A DNA stretch of 64,000 nt from Nocardioidaceae bacterium (GTDB lineage: Bacteria; Actinomycetota; Actinomycetes; Propionibacteriales; Nocardioidaceae): contig DASSKA010000109.1 of NCBI GenBank assembly GCA_035690905.1, positions 319 through 64,318 on the forward strand. The letters run 5' to 3'. Both the position numbers and the translations under genes were made by a program. Shown piece by piece: positions 36,004-44,780 of the stretch. The notes under the pieces were generated by a model. That model was not told where the DNA came from and did no database searches. It saw only the letters and a list, made by a program, of their open reading frames with translations. Position 1 is the stretch's first letter, and every line of letters begins with the position of its first letter.

Positions 36004-36813
36004 GTGACCCGACGTCCGACCGGCCACCCGTTCCTGGACGCGGGGCTGGAGCATCCCGGCTCGGTGCTGGCCTTCGCGCACCGGGGTGGTGCTTTCCACC
36101 CCGACCTGGAGGGCCTGGAGAACAGCGTGGCCGCCTTCGAGCACGCCCTCGACCTCGGCTACCGCCATCTGGAGACCGACGTGCACGCCACCCGGGACGG
36201 GGTGCTGCTCGCCTTCCATGACGCCGCGCTGGACCGGGTCACCGAGCGCACCGGACGGCTGGAGGAGCTGTCGTACGTCGACGTGGCGGCCGCGATGATC
36301 GCCGGCCGGGAACAGATCCCGGCCCTCGAGACGCTGCTGGAGCGGTTCCCGAACGCGTTCTTCAACATCGACGTCAAGTCAGGGACTGCGGTCCGGCCGC
36401 TGGCGCGGCTGCTCGACCGGACGCGGACCCAGGACCGGGTCTGCGTGGCCTCCTTCTCGCACCGCCGGATCGTCGAGTTCCGCAGGCACACCCGGGGCCG
36501 GGTGCTCACGGCCGCGTCCCCGCCCGAGGTGGCAGCGGTCCGCTTCTCCCCCGGTCCCCTGTCCCGCGCGCTGCCCTTGCGACGGGCACCGCTGCAGGTG
36601 CCGCACCGGTTCCAAGGCCTCCGGGTGGTGACCGCCGGCTTTGTGGCGCGAGCGCACCGCGCCGGCCGGCAGGTGCACGTGTGGACCATCGACGATCCGC
36701 GGGAGATGCACCAGCTGCTCGACCTCGGGGTCGACGGGTTGATGACCGACCGGACCGACCTGCTGCGCGAGGTGCTCCTCGCCCGCGGACAGTGGATGGG
36801 AGCCACCCTGTGA
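36004..36813 (+). CDS. Glycerophosphodiester phosphodiesterase family protein
   Basis: HRGG, ENS and the ETDVHATRDGVLLAFHD motif of the GDPD family are present. Confidence 0.85.
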   Translation: MTRRPTGHPFLDAGLEHPGSVLAFAHRGGAFHPDLEGLENSVAAFEHALDLGYRHLETDVHATRDGVLLAFHDAALDRVTERTGRLEELSYVDVAAAMIAGREQIPALETLLERFPNAFFNIDVKSGTAVRPLARLLDRTRTQDRVCVASFSHRRIVEFRRHTRGRVLTAASPPEVAAVRFSPGPLSRALPLRRAPLQVPHRFQGLRVVTAGFVARAHRAGRQVHVWTIDDPREMHQLLDLGVDGLMTDRTDLLREVLLARGQWMGATL

Positions 36814-38183
36814 CCGAGACGATCCCGACCGGGCAGCTGCGCCGCCGCGAGCAGCGGGCCTGGTACTGGTACGACTGGGCGAACTCGGCCTACGTGACCA
36901 CGACGGGCACCGTGCTGTTCGCGCCGTACCTCACCTCGGTCGCCGAGACAGCCGCCTGCGGCGCGCCCGGCACCGCCGAGCAGCCGTGCACGACCGACCT
37001 GGTGCTGTTCGGGTTCCTGGCGGTCTCCCCGGGCTCCCTGGTGTTCTACGTGGTGACGTTGGCCACCATCTTCTCCGCGCTGGTGCTCCCGGTGGTCGGC
37101 GCGGCCGCCGACCGGTCCGGCCACAAGCGGCGGATCCTGGGCGGGTTCGCCTGGGCCGGCTCGGTGGCCGCCGCCCTGATGTTCCTGGTCACCGGCTCCG
37201 ACTGGCAGCTGGGCACCGCGCTGCTGTTCGTGGCCACCTTGTGCTTGGGCTCGTCGCTGGTGGTGTACGACGCGATCTTGTGCGAGATCGCCACACCGGA
37301 GGAGCGCGACCGGGTCTCCTCCCGCGGCTGGGCGCTCGGCTACCTCGGGGGCGGGCTGCTGCTGGCCGTCAACCTGGCCGTCGTCACCCTGCACGACAGC
37401 CTCGGACTCTCGACCGCGATGGCGGTCCGGCTGAGCCTGCTGTCGGCCGGGGTCTGGTGGGCCGGCTTCACGCTGATCCCCTACCTGGGCATCCGCGACC
37501 GGGCTCCCGTCGCGGTGGTCCCCGAGCGTGGCGGCCTGCTGCGGCAGAGCTTCGGCCAGCTGCTGACCACGCTCCGCGACCTGCGGCACTACCCGGTGAC
37601 GATGACCTTCCTGCTGGCCTACCTGTTCTACAACGACGGCATCCAGACCGTGATCACCTCGGCCTCTGTGTACGGCGAGAAGCAGCTCGGCTTCGGCACC
37701 TCCATGCTGATCGGCACCATCTTGATGGTGCAGTTCGTGGCGTTCGTCGGCGCCCTGATCTTCGGGCGGGCGGCCGGGCGGTTCGGCAGCCGGCGGGTGA
37801 TCCTCGCGGGGCTGCTGGTCTGGCTGGCGGTGGTGGCCGTGGCCTACTTCCTGCCCCGCGGACGCATCGTCTGGTTCCTGGTGCTGGCCGTCGGCATCGG
37901 CCTGGTGCTCGGCGGCACACAGGCGCTGTCCCGGTCGTTCTTCAGCCTGTTGATCCCCCGGGGCCGGGAGGCGGAGTACTTCAGCCTCTACCAAGCGTGC
38001 GAGCGGGGCACCAGCTGGCTGGGCACCCTGGTGTTCGGGCTGGTGCACCAGTGGACCGACTCCTACCGGCCGGCGATCCTCGCCCTCGCCGTGTTCTTCC
38101 TGGTCGGCCTGGTGCTGCTCGCCCGCGTGGACCCGGTCCGGGGGACGCGGGAGGCGCACCGGCCCGCCCCGGTAGCGGCGTAG
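36810..38183 (+). CDS. MFS transporter (UMF1/Atg22-like family)
   Basis: GTG at 36810 in a GTGA overlap with the upstream stop. WYWYDWANSAYVTT signature. About 12 TM helices. Confidence 0.8.
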   Translation: MTETIPTGQLRRREQRAWYWYDWANSAYVTTTGTVLFAPYLTSVAETAACGAPGTAEQPCTTDLVLFGFLAVSPGSLVFYVVTLATIFSALVLPVVGAAADRSGHKRRILGGFAWAGSVAAALMFLVTGSDWQLGTALLFVATLCLGSSLVVYDAILCEIATPEERDRVSSRGWALGYLGGGLLLAVNLAVVTLHDSLGLSTAMAVRLSLLSAGVWWAGFTLIPYLGIRDRAPVAVVPERGGLLRQSFGQLLTTLRDLRHYPVTMTFLLAYLFYNDGIQTVITSASVYGEKQLGFGTSMLIGTILMVQFVAFVGALIFGRAAGRFGSRRVILAGLLVWLAVVAVAYFLPRGRIVWFLVLAVGIGLVLGGTQALSRSFFSLLIPRGREAEYFSLYQACERGTSWLGTLVFGLVHQWTDSYRPAILALAVFFLVGLVLLARVDPVRGTREAHRPAPVAA

Positions 38184-38333
38184 CGCCATGCTGGCCTACG
38201 GTCGGGGTGTGAAGCCCGTGTGGGCGGGTACGTCGTGGGACGGAACACACACTTCGACCCCGACCGGGCGGGAATCTCCACACCGCACGGATCGTTGGAC
38301 GGACTGGAAAGCGCCAACACCAGGAGGTGGCTC

Positions 38334-38744
38334 ATGGGAGAGCGGACACTACGCGGCGCGCGCCTCGGCGGACAGAGCTTCGAGGACGAGCGTGGCATCG
38401 AGTTCGCGGCGCGGCAGAACGTCGCGTACGTCTGTCGGCAGGGCCACGAGTTCGAGGTGACCATGGCGGCGGAGGCCGAGGTCCCGGCCGTGTGGGAGTG
38501 CCCGCGCTGCGGTGCTGAGGCGCTCAGCAAGGACGGCGCGGAGCCCGAGGCCAAGGCGGAGCGTCCGGCCCGCACCCACTGGGACATGCTGCTGGAGCGC
38601 CGCTCCCTCAAGGAGCTCGAGGACATCCTCGCCGAGCGGCTCGAGCTGCTCCGTGGCGGGGAGATCGGACCGGCCCACCTGCACCGGGCGGCCGGAAAGG
38701 CCAAGCCGCCCGCGAAGAAGAAGGCCGCCAAGAAGTCAGCCTGA
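38334..38744 (+). CDS. rbpA: RNA polymerase-binding protein RbpA with a basic Lys/Ala-rich C-terminal tail
   Basis: RBS AGGAGG, then ATG at 38334. Matching segments are RGARLGGQSFEDERGIE, YVCRQGHEFEVTMAAEAEVPAVWECPRCG and RTHWDMLLERRS. The tail is GKAKPPAKKKAAKKSA. Confidence 0.9.
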   Translation: MGERTLRGARLGGQSFEDERGIEFAARQNVAYVCRQGHEFEVTMAAEAEVPAVWECPRCGAEALSKDGAEPEAKAERPARTHWDMLLERRSLKELEDILAERLELLRGGEIGPAHLHRAAGKAKPPAKKKAAKKSA

Positions 38745-38764
38745 GCCCCGGGTCAGGGGGAAGC

Positions 38765-39244
38765 TCAGTCGACGACGTCGCCCTGGACCACGGAATCCGG
38801 TCCGGGGCGTCGTGATGTCCGGGTCCCGGTCCCCCGCGCGTCGTACATCCCGATCAGCGGGCTGGCCAGAAACTTCCGGGTCAGGAGGGCGGTCAGCAGC
38901 CGTCTGGCGAACGGGCGGGTGAACGGAAGCACGCAGAACAGGCCGAACACGTCGGTCACGAAGCCTGGGGTCAGCAGCAGCGTCCCGCCGACCAGGATCA
39001 GGGCCCCGTCGGCCAGCTCGCGGGCCGGCACCCGGTGCTCGTCCAGCGCCTGCCGCAGCGCCGTCCAGGCCCGGCCGCCCTGGTGCTTGACCAGGTAGCT
39101 GCCCAGCATGCCGTCGGCGATCAGCAGCAGCACCGTCCACCAGGCGCCGATCACCTGGCCGACTTGGATCAGCACGTAGATCTCGAGCACCGGCACCACC
39201 ACGAACAGCAGTGCCAGCAGCCCCCACCAGACCCTGCGGGTCAT
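38765..39244 (-). CDS. fxsA: FxsA family membrane protein
   Basis: Typical FxsA N-terminus (VVPVLEIYVLIQVGQVIGAWWTVLLLI) and GALILVGGTLLLTPGFVTD. Synteny with rbpA/ppm1. Confidence 0.85.
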   Translation of the reverse strand: MTRRVWWGLLALLFVVVPVLEIYVLIQVGQVIGAWWTVLLLIADGMLGSYLVKHQGGRAWTALRQALDEHRVPARELADGALILVGGTLLLTPGFVTDVFGLFCVLPFTRPFARRLLTALLTRKFLASPLIGMYDARGTGTRTSRRPGPDSVVQGDVVD

Positions 39245-39270
39245 CGACTCACCTCAGCCCCTTCGGGCAC

Positions 39271-40026
39271 TCATGCGTTGTGCCTCTCCTTCGAGAGTAC
39301 GTCGCGGGCCTGACGGAACCGTTGCCGAGCGCCCCAGACGGTGATCCTGCGCAGCGACTCCACGGCGATCGCCCGGTTCATCTTCGACTGCCCGCGCACC
39401 CGCTCCACGAACTCGATGGGCACCTCTTCGACGCGCAGCCCGGCCCGCACGGTGCGCCAGACCAGGTCGGTCTGGAAGCAGTAGCCGACCGACCGCACCT
39501 TGGACAGGTCGATGGTCTCCAGGGTGCGGCGCCGGAACAGCCGGAAGCCCCCGGTGACGTCGTGCACCGGGATGCCGAGCAGCGTCCGGGCGTACAGGTT
39601 CCCGCCCCGGGAGAGCGCCTGCCGGGTCCACGCCCAGTTGGTGACCTTCCCGCCCGGCACCCACCTGGACCCGAGCACCAGGTCCGCCCCGGAGAGCGCG
39701 TCCAGCAGCCGGCCCAGCTGCTCGGGCTGGTGCGAGCCGTCGGCGTCCATCTCCCCGATCACGTCGTAGCCGCGTTCGAGGGCGACCCGGAAGCCGGCCA
39801 GGTAGGCGGTGCCCAGCCCCTGCTTCCCGGTGCGGTGCAGCACCTCCACCTGCGCGTCGGCGGCCGCCAGCTCGTCGGCCAGCTTCCCGGTGCCGTCCGG
39901 GGAGTTGTCGTCGACGACGAGGACGTCGCTCTCGGGGTGCGCGCGGCGGATCCTCCCGACGATCCAGGCAAGGTTGTCGTGCTCGTTGTAGGTCGGGACG
40001 ACCATCACCATCCGGTGCGTGCCCAT
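39271..40026 (-). CDS. ppm1: Polyprenol-phosphate mannosyltransferase (GT2)
   Basis: VVPTYNE...VVDDNSPDGTG GT2 motifs. Lies immediately downstream of lnt, matching the mycobacterial Lnt-Ppm1 association. Confidence 0.88.
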   Translation of the reverse strand: MGTHRMVMVVPTYNEHDNLAWIVGRIRRAHPESDVLVVDDNSPDGTGKLADELAAADAQVEVLHRTGKQGLGTAYLAGFRVALERGYDVIGEMDADGSHQPEQLGRLLDALSGADLVLGSRWVPGGKVTNWAWTRQALSRGGNLYARTLLGIPVHDVTGGFRLFRRRTLETIDLSKVRSVGYCFQTDLVWRTVRAGLRVEEVPIEFVERVRGQSKMNRAIAVESLRRITVWGARQRFRQARDVLSKERHNA

Positions 40027-40044
40027 CGCTGCGCCTGACCTCCG

Positions 40045-41601
40045 CTACCGGCTGTCGGACCCGACCCCGGCCAGGCCCGGGTGGGGCGCCCGTGCGGTCA
40101 CGGGGCGGCGCCGACGATAGCCGCTCAGCAGGCCGGCCAGCACCGAAATGCCGGCGATCAGCGCCAGCCCGCGGTCCACCCAGCCGCCGAACCGGACGCC
40201 CGGCGTCAGCCCGGTTCCCAGCTCGATCCCATCCACCAGTACCCGCTGGGTGCGCACCGGTGCCTGGTCGACCACGTGCCCGTCGGGGGCCACGATCCCG
40301 GAGATGCCGTTGGTGGCCGCCACGACGACGTACCGGTCGGACTCGATGGCCCGGAGCCGGGCGATGGCGAACTGCTGCTGGAGCTGGCCGGTGCCCATGT
40401 ACGTCGCGTTGTTGGTCTGCACGGTGACCACCTGCGCGCCCAGCCGCATCTCGGTGCGCAGCAGGTCGTCCCAGGCGACCTCGAAGCAGATCAGGTCACC
40501 GACCTTGACCCCGGCCATGTGCACCAGGCCCGGCCTGGTCCCCGGCAGCATGTCGTAGGGGATCTGGTCCAGGCGGCGGAAGTACGGCGCGATGAGGCTG
40601 CGCAACGGGATGTACTCCCCGAACGGCACCGGGTGCTGCTTGGCGTAGCGCTCCCCCGGACCGGTGCGCGGCGACCACACGATGCCTTCGTTCTGGTCCT
40701 GGTGCGGTCCAGGGCCCAGCACCATCGCGCCGACCAGGACGGGCACCCCGACCCTGTCCACCGCGCCCTGGATCTCCTGGTAGACCCCGGGGTCCCGGAA
40801 CGGGTCGATGTCGGTGGAGCTCTCCGGCCAGATCACCAGGTCCGGTTTCGGCCGGGCGCCGGCGGCCACCTGTGCGGCGAACCGCTCGGTGGCGTGCACG
40901 TGGTTGTCGACCACCGCGTGAGCCTGCGCGAAGGCATCCAGCCCGATCCCCGGAACGTCTCCCTGCACCGCCGCGACGGTCACCTGGTGCCCGGAGGCGC
41001 GGTGCTGGAGAGGGAAGACGTACGCGAGACTGACCAGCACCCCGGTCACGACGACCGCGGCGACCGCCCGCACCGGCACTCGGCGCACGCGCAGGACAGC
41101 CCACGCCAGCACGGTCCCGAGCAGCGCGACCGCGAAGGTGACCCCGCCGGTGCCGAGGTAGGCGAACAGCGGCGCGAGCGGGGTGCCGGCGGTCCCGAAC
41201 GCCAACCTGCCCCAGGGGAACCCCCCGAACGGGAAGATGCTGCGCAGCAGCTCGGCACCGACCCAGCAGCAGGCGGTCCACAGCGGCCAGCCGGGCAGCC
41301 GGGCGACCGCCGCGGTGGCCAGCCCGAGCAGCCCGTAGTAGAGCCCCTCGAACACCGAGAGCATGATCCACGCGTCTGCGCCGATCACCTGCAGCCACGG
41401 CATCAGGGTGAGCATGAACGCGGTCCCGAACACCCAGCCGAGACCGAACCCCCGACGCAGCCGGCTCCCACGACACAGCAGGGTGAGCGCCGCTGCCCCG
41501 GCGGGCAGGAGCAACGCCACGCCGAAAGGCGGGAACCCGAGACCGGTGACCACGCCGGCAAGTGCGGCAAGGGCGAGCAGGACGAGCAGCGGCACACCCA
41601 C
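40045..41601 (-). CDS. lnt: Apolipoprotein N-acyltransferase
   Basis: GTG at 41601. N-terminal polytopic membrane domain plus a C-terminal nitrilase-fold domain (WPESS, KQHPVPFGEYIP, LICFE with the catalytic Cys). Confidence 0.9.
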   Translation of the reverse strand: MGVPLLVLLALAALAGVVTGLGFPPFGVALLLPAGAAALTLLCRGSRLRRGFGLGWVFGTAFMLTLMPWLQVIGADAWIMLSVFEGLYYGLLGLATAAVARLPGWPLWTACCWVGAELLRSIFPFGGFPWGRLAFGTAGTPLAPLFAYLGTGGVTFAVALLGTVLAWAVLRVRRVPVRAVAAVVVTGVLVSLAYVFPLQHRASGHQVTVAAVQGDVPGIGLDAFAQAHAVVDNHVHATERFAAQVAAGARPKPDLVIWPESSTDIDPFRDPGVYQEIQGAVDRVGVPVLVGAMVLGPGPHQDQNEGIVWSPRTGPGERYAKQHPVPFGEYIPLRSLIAPYFRRLDQIPYDMLPGTRPGLVHMAGVKVGDLICFEVAWDDLLRTEMRLGAQVVTVQTNNATYMGTGQLQQQFAIARLRAIESDRYVVVAATNGISGIVAPDGHVVDQAPVRTQRVLVDGIELGTGLTPGVRFGGWVDRGLALIAGISVLAGLLSGYRRRRPVTARAPHPGLAGVGSDSR

Positions 41602-41970
41602 AACCTATCCGCGGCCACCAGACCCGCACGGAACGGGGGAGAGCCCGGGCCCTTCGGACCGAACCCGCCGCCGCTGGCTGCCGGCGTCGGGCCCGTTGTC
41701 TACTGGGCGCCGGGCTCCCTCCGTGTCCCACCCCGCTGCGACGGCCCTGACTTCCCGGGAGAGCGTGCCCCCTGGTTCGTGGTACCCGACCCGGTCACGC
41801 ATCGTCTGAGGACATCAGGCTGTCGGAGCGGCCTGCTTGGAGCGACCCCGGAAGACTGGACAGGACCGGCGGTTCCTGTCAACCGCGCCCTGACCAGCAC
41901 ATTCGTGAGAATGCGCAGGTCAGGGACACCCTGCCGGAGCCGATCGTCGCCGAACTTTTCCTTGCTGCGC

Positions 41971-41994
41971 GGCGTGTCGTGCCGGCGACACGCC
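41971..41994 (-). terminator. Perfect 9-bp stem hairpin downstream of kal (possible terminator of the lysine operon)
   Basis: GGCGTGTCG, a 6-nt loop, then CGACACGCC. It lies 44 nt after the kal stop codon. No U-tract on the minus strand. Confidence 0.3.
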
Positions 41995-42037
41995 GGGAGC
42001 GCTCAGCGGCGTCCCTCAGGGACCACCCGGGAGACGC

Positions 42038-42442
42038 TCACTCCGTTCGCCCCTCGGGGACCACCACGGTCCCGGTGGCGGTGGTCGCCACCACCGGCAT
42101 GTCGAGCACCCGAGCGGCGGACTCGGAGACCTCCGGGTTGCCGCGCGCCACCACCGTCGCCGTGAAGCTCAGGGTCCGGGACCGGCGCCCGACGCGGACC
42201 ACCTCCGCGGTCACCTCGAGCACGTCGCCGGCGCGCACCGGGGCCCGGAACTGCACCTCGGAGTACGACGCGAACAGCCCCTCGTCGCCGTCGGTGCGGA
42301 TGCACACCTCGGTGGCCACATCACCGAACAGGCCGAGCGAGTAGGCGCCGTCGACGAGGTTGCCGGCGTAGTGGGCATGGGAGTACGGCACGTAACGCCG
42401 GTGCGTCACCGTCAGCCCGACCCGGGGGGCCTGGTCGTTCAT
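42038..42442 (-). CDS. kal: Hotdog-fold protein, probable 3-aminobutyryl-CoA ammonia-lyase
   Basis: 134 aa. Size and position (4-nt overlap with kamE) match Kal of lysine fermentation clusters. The hotdog-like pattern is EVQFRAPVRAGDVLEVTAEV. Confidence 0.6.
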   Translation of the reverse strand: MNDQAPRVGLTVTHRRYVPYSHAHYAGNLVDGAYSLGLFGDVATEVCIRTDGDEGLFASYSEVQFRAPVRAGDVLEVTAEVVRVGRRSRTLSFTATVVARGNPEVSESAARVLDMPVVATTATGTVVVPEGRTE

Positions 42443-43212
42443 GACGCCTTCCTTCCCGGCCGCTGGGTCACCAGCCGGTGCACCAGGAAGGAGGCGACGT
42501 CCGCGGGCGTCGTACCCCTTCCGAAGACCCGGTCCACGCCCAGGTCGGCGGAGGCGCTCTCGTCGAAACGCGGGCCGCCCACGATCAGCAGCGGACGCCG
42601 GTCCGCCGGGTAGGCCTCCCGGAACGCCGCCGACATCTCCTTGGTGTTCAGGATGTGCGCGTCACGCTGGGTGACCACCTGCGAGACCAGCACGGCGTCG
42701 GCCTTCTCCTGCCGTGCCCGGGCAACCAGCTCCGGCACGGAGACCTGGGCGCCGAGGTTGACCACCTTGACCTCCCGGTAGTACTCCAGGCCCTTCTCCC
42801 CCGCGAATCCCTTGATGTTCAAGATCGCGTCGATGCCGACGGTGTGCGCGTCGGTGCCGATGCAGCCACCCACCACCGCCAGCCGGCGGCGCAGCCCCTT
42901 GCGGATGGCCAGGTTGATGTCCTTCGGCGAGAGCAGCGGGTAGTCCCGCTCCACGACCTTCACCTTCGAGGTGTCGACCAGGTGGTTGACCCGACCGTAG
43001 ACGACGAAGAACGTGAAGTCGGGGCCCATCGCCTTGGCGTGCACGACGAGCGCCGGGTCGATGCCCATCTTGTTGGCCAGCTGGGCCGCAGCCCCCTCGG
43101 CGACCTTCGAGTGCGGCATCGGCAGCGTGAAGGACACCTGCACCATGCCGTCTCCGGTCGTGTCGCCGTAGGGGCGCAGGATCCTGCCCTCGGCGGTCTC
43201 CGTCGCCACCAC
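42439..43212 (-). CDS. kamE: Lysine 5,6-aminomutase beta subunit (B12-binding)
   Basis: 257 aa. DxHxxG cobalamin motif (GTDAHTVGID) and a Rossmann-like B12 domain. Its start at 43212 coincides with the last base of the alpha-subunit stop codon (1-nt overlap). Confidence 0.85.
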   Translation of the reverse strand: MVATETAEGRILRPYGDTTGDGMVQVSFTLPMPHSKVAEGAAAQLANKMGIDPALVVHAKAMGPDFTFFVVYGRVNHLVDTSKVKVVERDYPLLSPKDINLAIRKGLRRRLAVVGGCIGTDAHTVGIDAILNIKGFAGEKGLEYYREVKVVNLGAQVSVPELVARARQEKADAVLVSQVVTQRDAHILNTKEMSAAFREAYPADRRPLLIVGGPRFDESASADLGVDRVFGRGTTPADVASFLVHRLVTQRPGRKAS

Positions 43213-44780
43213 TACTTGCCCTCCAGGATCTCGCTGGCCGGGTTGTAGTAGCCCGGCGCCTTCTTCGCCACGCCGTCAAGGCCCTTGCCGCCGTCCGCCG
43301 GCCGCTTCATCAGCCCGAACGTGCCGTCCCCGATCGCCTCGAGCAGGCCGTGCTTGCCCTCGTGGGCGAGGATCCGCTCCAGCAGCTCGATGCTCTCGCC
43401 GAGCACCTGTCTGGCGCGCTGGGCGATGAACCCGTCCGGGGCCGGGTGGAAGTCCTCCCCGAGCCGGCCGGCGGCGTTCATCACGTAGCGGACGTTCTGC
43501 AGGGCCAGGTCGCGGTCGGACAGCCACGGGGTGACCACCGCCTCGGTCATCATCCCGACCAGCAGGATGTCCTGGCCGGTCAGCGTGCCGACCAGGTTGA
43601 AGAACCCGTCGAGCAGGTAGCCGCGGAACACGTCCCCACTCATGTGCCGGGTCGGCGGCATCCACTTCAGCGGTGCCTTCGGGAACAGGTCCCGGGCGAG
43701 CATCGCGTGCGCCAGCTCCATCCGGAAGCTGTCTGGCAGGTCCGGGTCGATCTCGAAGGCGTGCCCCAGGCCCAGCTGCGAGTCCTCGAGGCCGGCCTCC
43801 TTGGCGAAGTACTCGTTGAGCAGCTGCGAGACGGTCACCGTGTGCGCCGCCTCGACCGCGTCGGCGGTGGTCAGGTAGTTGTCCTCGCCGGTGTTGATGA
43901 TGATGCCCGCGCGGGCGTGCACCTGCCGGCTGAACCGCTGGTCGACGAACGTCCGGACCGGGTTGATGTCGCGGAACAAGATGCCGTACATCGAGTCGTT
44001 GAGCATCATGTCCAGCCGCTCCAGCCCGGCCAGCGCGGCGATCTCCGGCATGCACAGGCCGGAGGCGTAGTTGGTCAGCCGGACGTAGCGGCCCAGGTCC
44101 TTGCTGGACTCGTCCAGGGCAGCCCGCATCAGCCGGAAGTTCTCCTGGGTGGCGTAGGTGCCGGCGAACCCCTCGCGGGTGGCGCCCTCGGGCACGTAGT
44201 CCAGCAGCGACTGGCCGGTGGAGCGGATCACCGCGATGACGTCCGCGCCCTCGCGCGCGGCCTGCTGAGCCTGTGGGATGTCCTCGTAGATGTCGCCGGT
44301 GGCCACGATCAGGTAGATCCACGGCTTGTGGTCCGGGTCGCCGTATCTCTTCACCAGCCGCTGCCGCTCACGCGCCCGGGCGTCGACCTGCTTGACACCG
44401 GCGCCGACCTGCTTGCGGGCCGCGGCCCGGGCCCTGGTCAGGTCGCGGCCCTCGGGGATCCGGAACCGGATCGAACCCGCGGAGGCCTTCTGGGCCAGCG
44501 TGGACAGGTCGTCGGCCTCCCCGCGCACCAGCGCGTCCCAGACCGGGACCGCGACGCCGTGCTCGAGACCGGTGTCGGCGGTCACCGCGTCCAGCAGCCG
44601 GTTCACCCACGGGATGCCGTCGGCGTCCGCGCCGCGCAGCCCCGCCAGCCGCAGCGTGGCCCGCTCCACGGAGACGGTGGTGTGCTTGCGGGCCAGCTCG
44701 ACGATCGGCCGACCCGCCTGCCGGGCCAGGCTCCGCGCCTTGCGGACGACCGCCGGGTCGAGGGCCAGCTTGCCCTTCAT
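43212..44780 (-). CDS. kamD: Lysine 5,6-aminomutase alpha subunit
   Basis: 522 aa, with TIM-barrel-type large subunit sequences as I recall them for KamD/OraE-like proteins. Translationally coupled to kamE. Confidence 0.8.
   Translation of the reverse strand: MKGKLALDPAVVRKARSLARQAGRPIVELARKHTTVSVERATLRLAGLRGADADGIPWVNRLLDAVTADTGLEHGVAVPVWDALVRGEADDLSTLAQKASAGSIRFRIPEGRDLTRARAAARKQVGAGVKQVDARARERQRLVKRYGDPDHKPWIYLIVATGDIYEDIPQAQQAAREGADVIAVIRSTGQSLLDYVPEGATREGFAGTYATQENFRLMRAALDESSKDLGRYVRLTNYASGLCMPEIAALAGLERLDMMLNDSMYGILFRDINPVRTFVDQRFSRQVHARAGIIINTGEDNYLTTADAVEAAHTVTVSQLLNEYFAKEAGLEDSQLGLGHAFEIDPDLPDSFRMELAHAMLARDLFPKAPLKWMPPTRHMSGDVFRGYLLDGFFNLVGTLTGQDILLVGMMTEAVVTPWLSDRDLALQNVRYVMNAAGRLGEDFHPAPDGFIAQRARQVLGESIELLERILAHEGKHGLLEAIGDGTFGLMKRPADGGKGLDGVAKKAPGYYNPASEILEGK

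Noticed and set aside
41602-42037. A cobalamin riboswitch, considered because B12-dependent kamDE is adjacent.
   Set aside because: I could not find the B12-box or the conserved GGTG..AA..CC / GCCACTG core on either strand. The region is also downstream, not upstream, of kamDE. It is kept only as an unclassified structured region.
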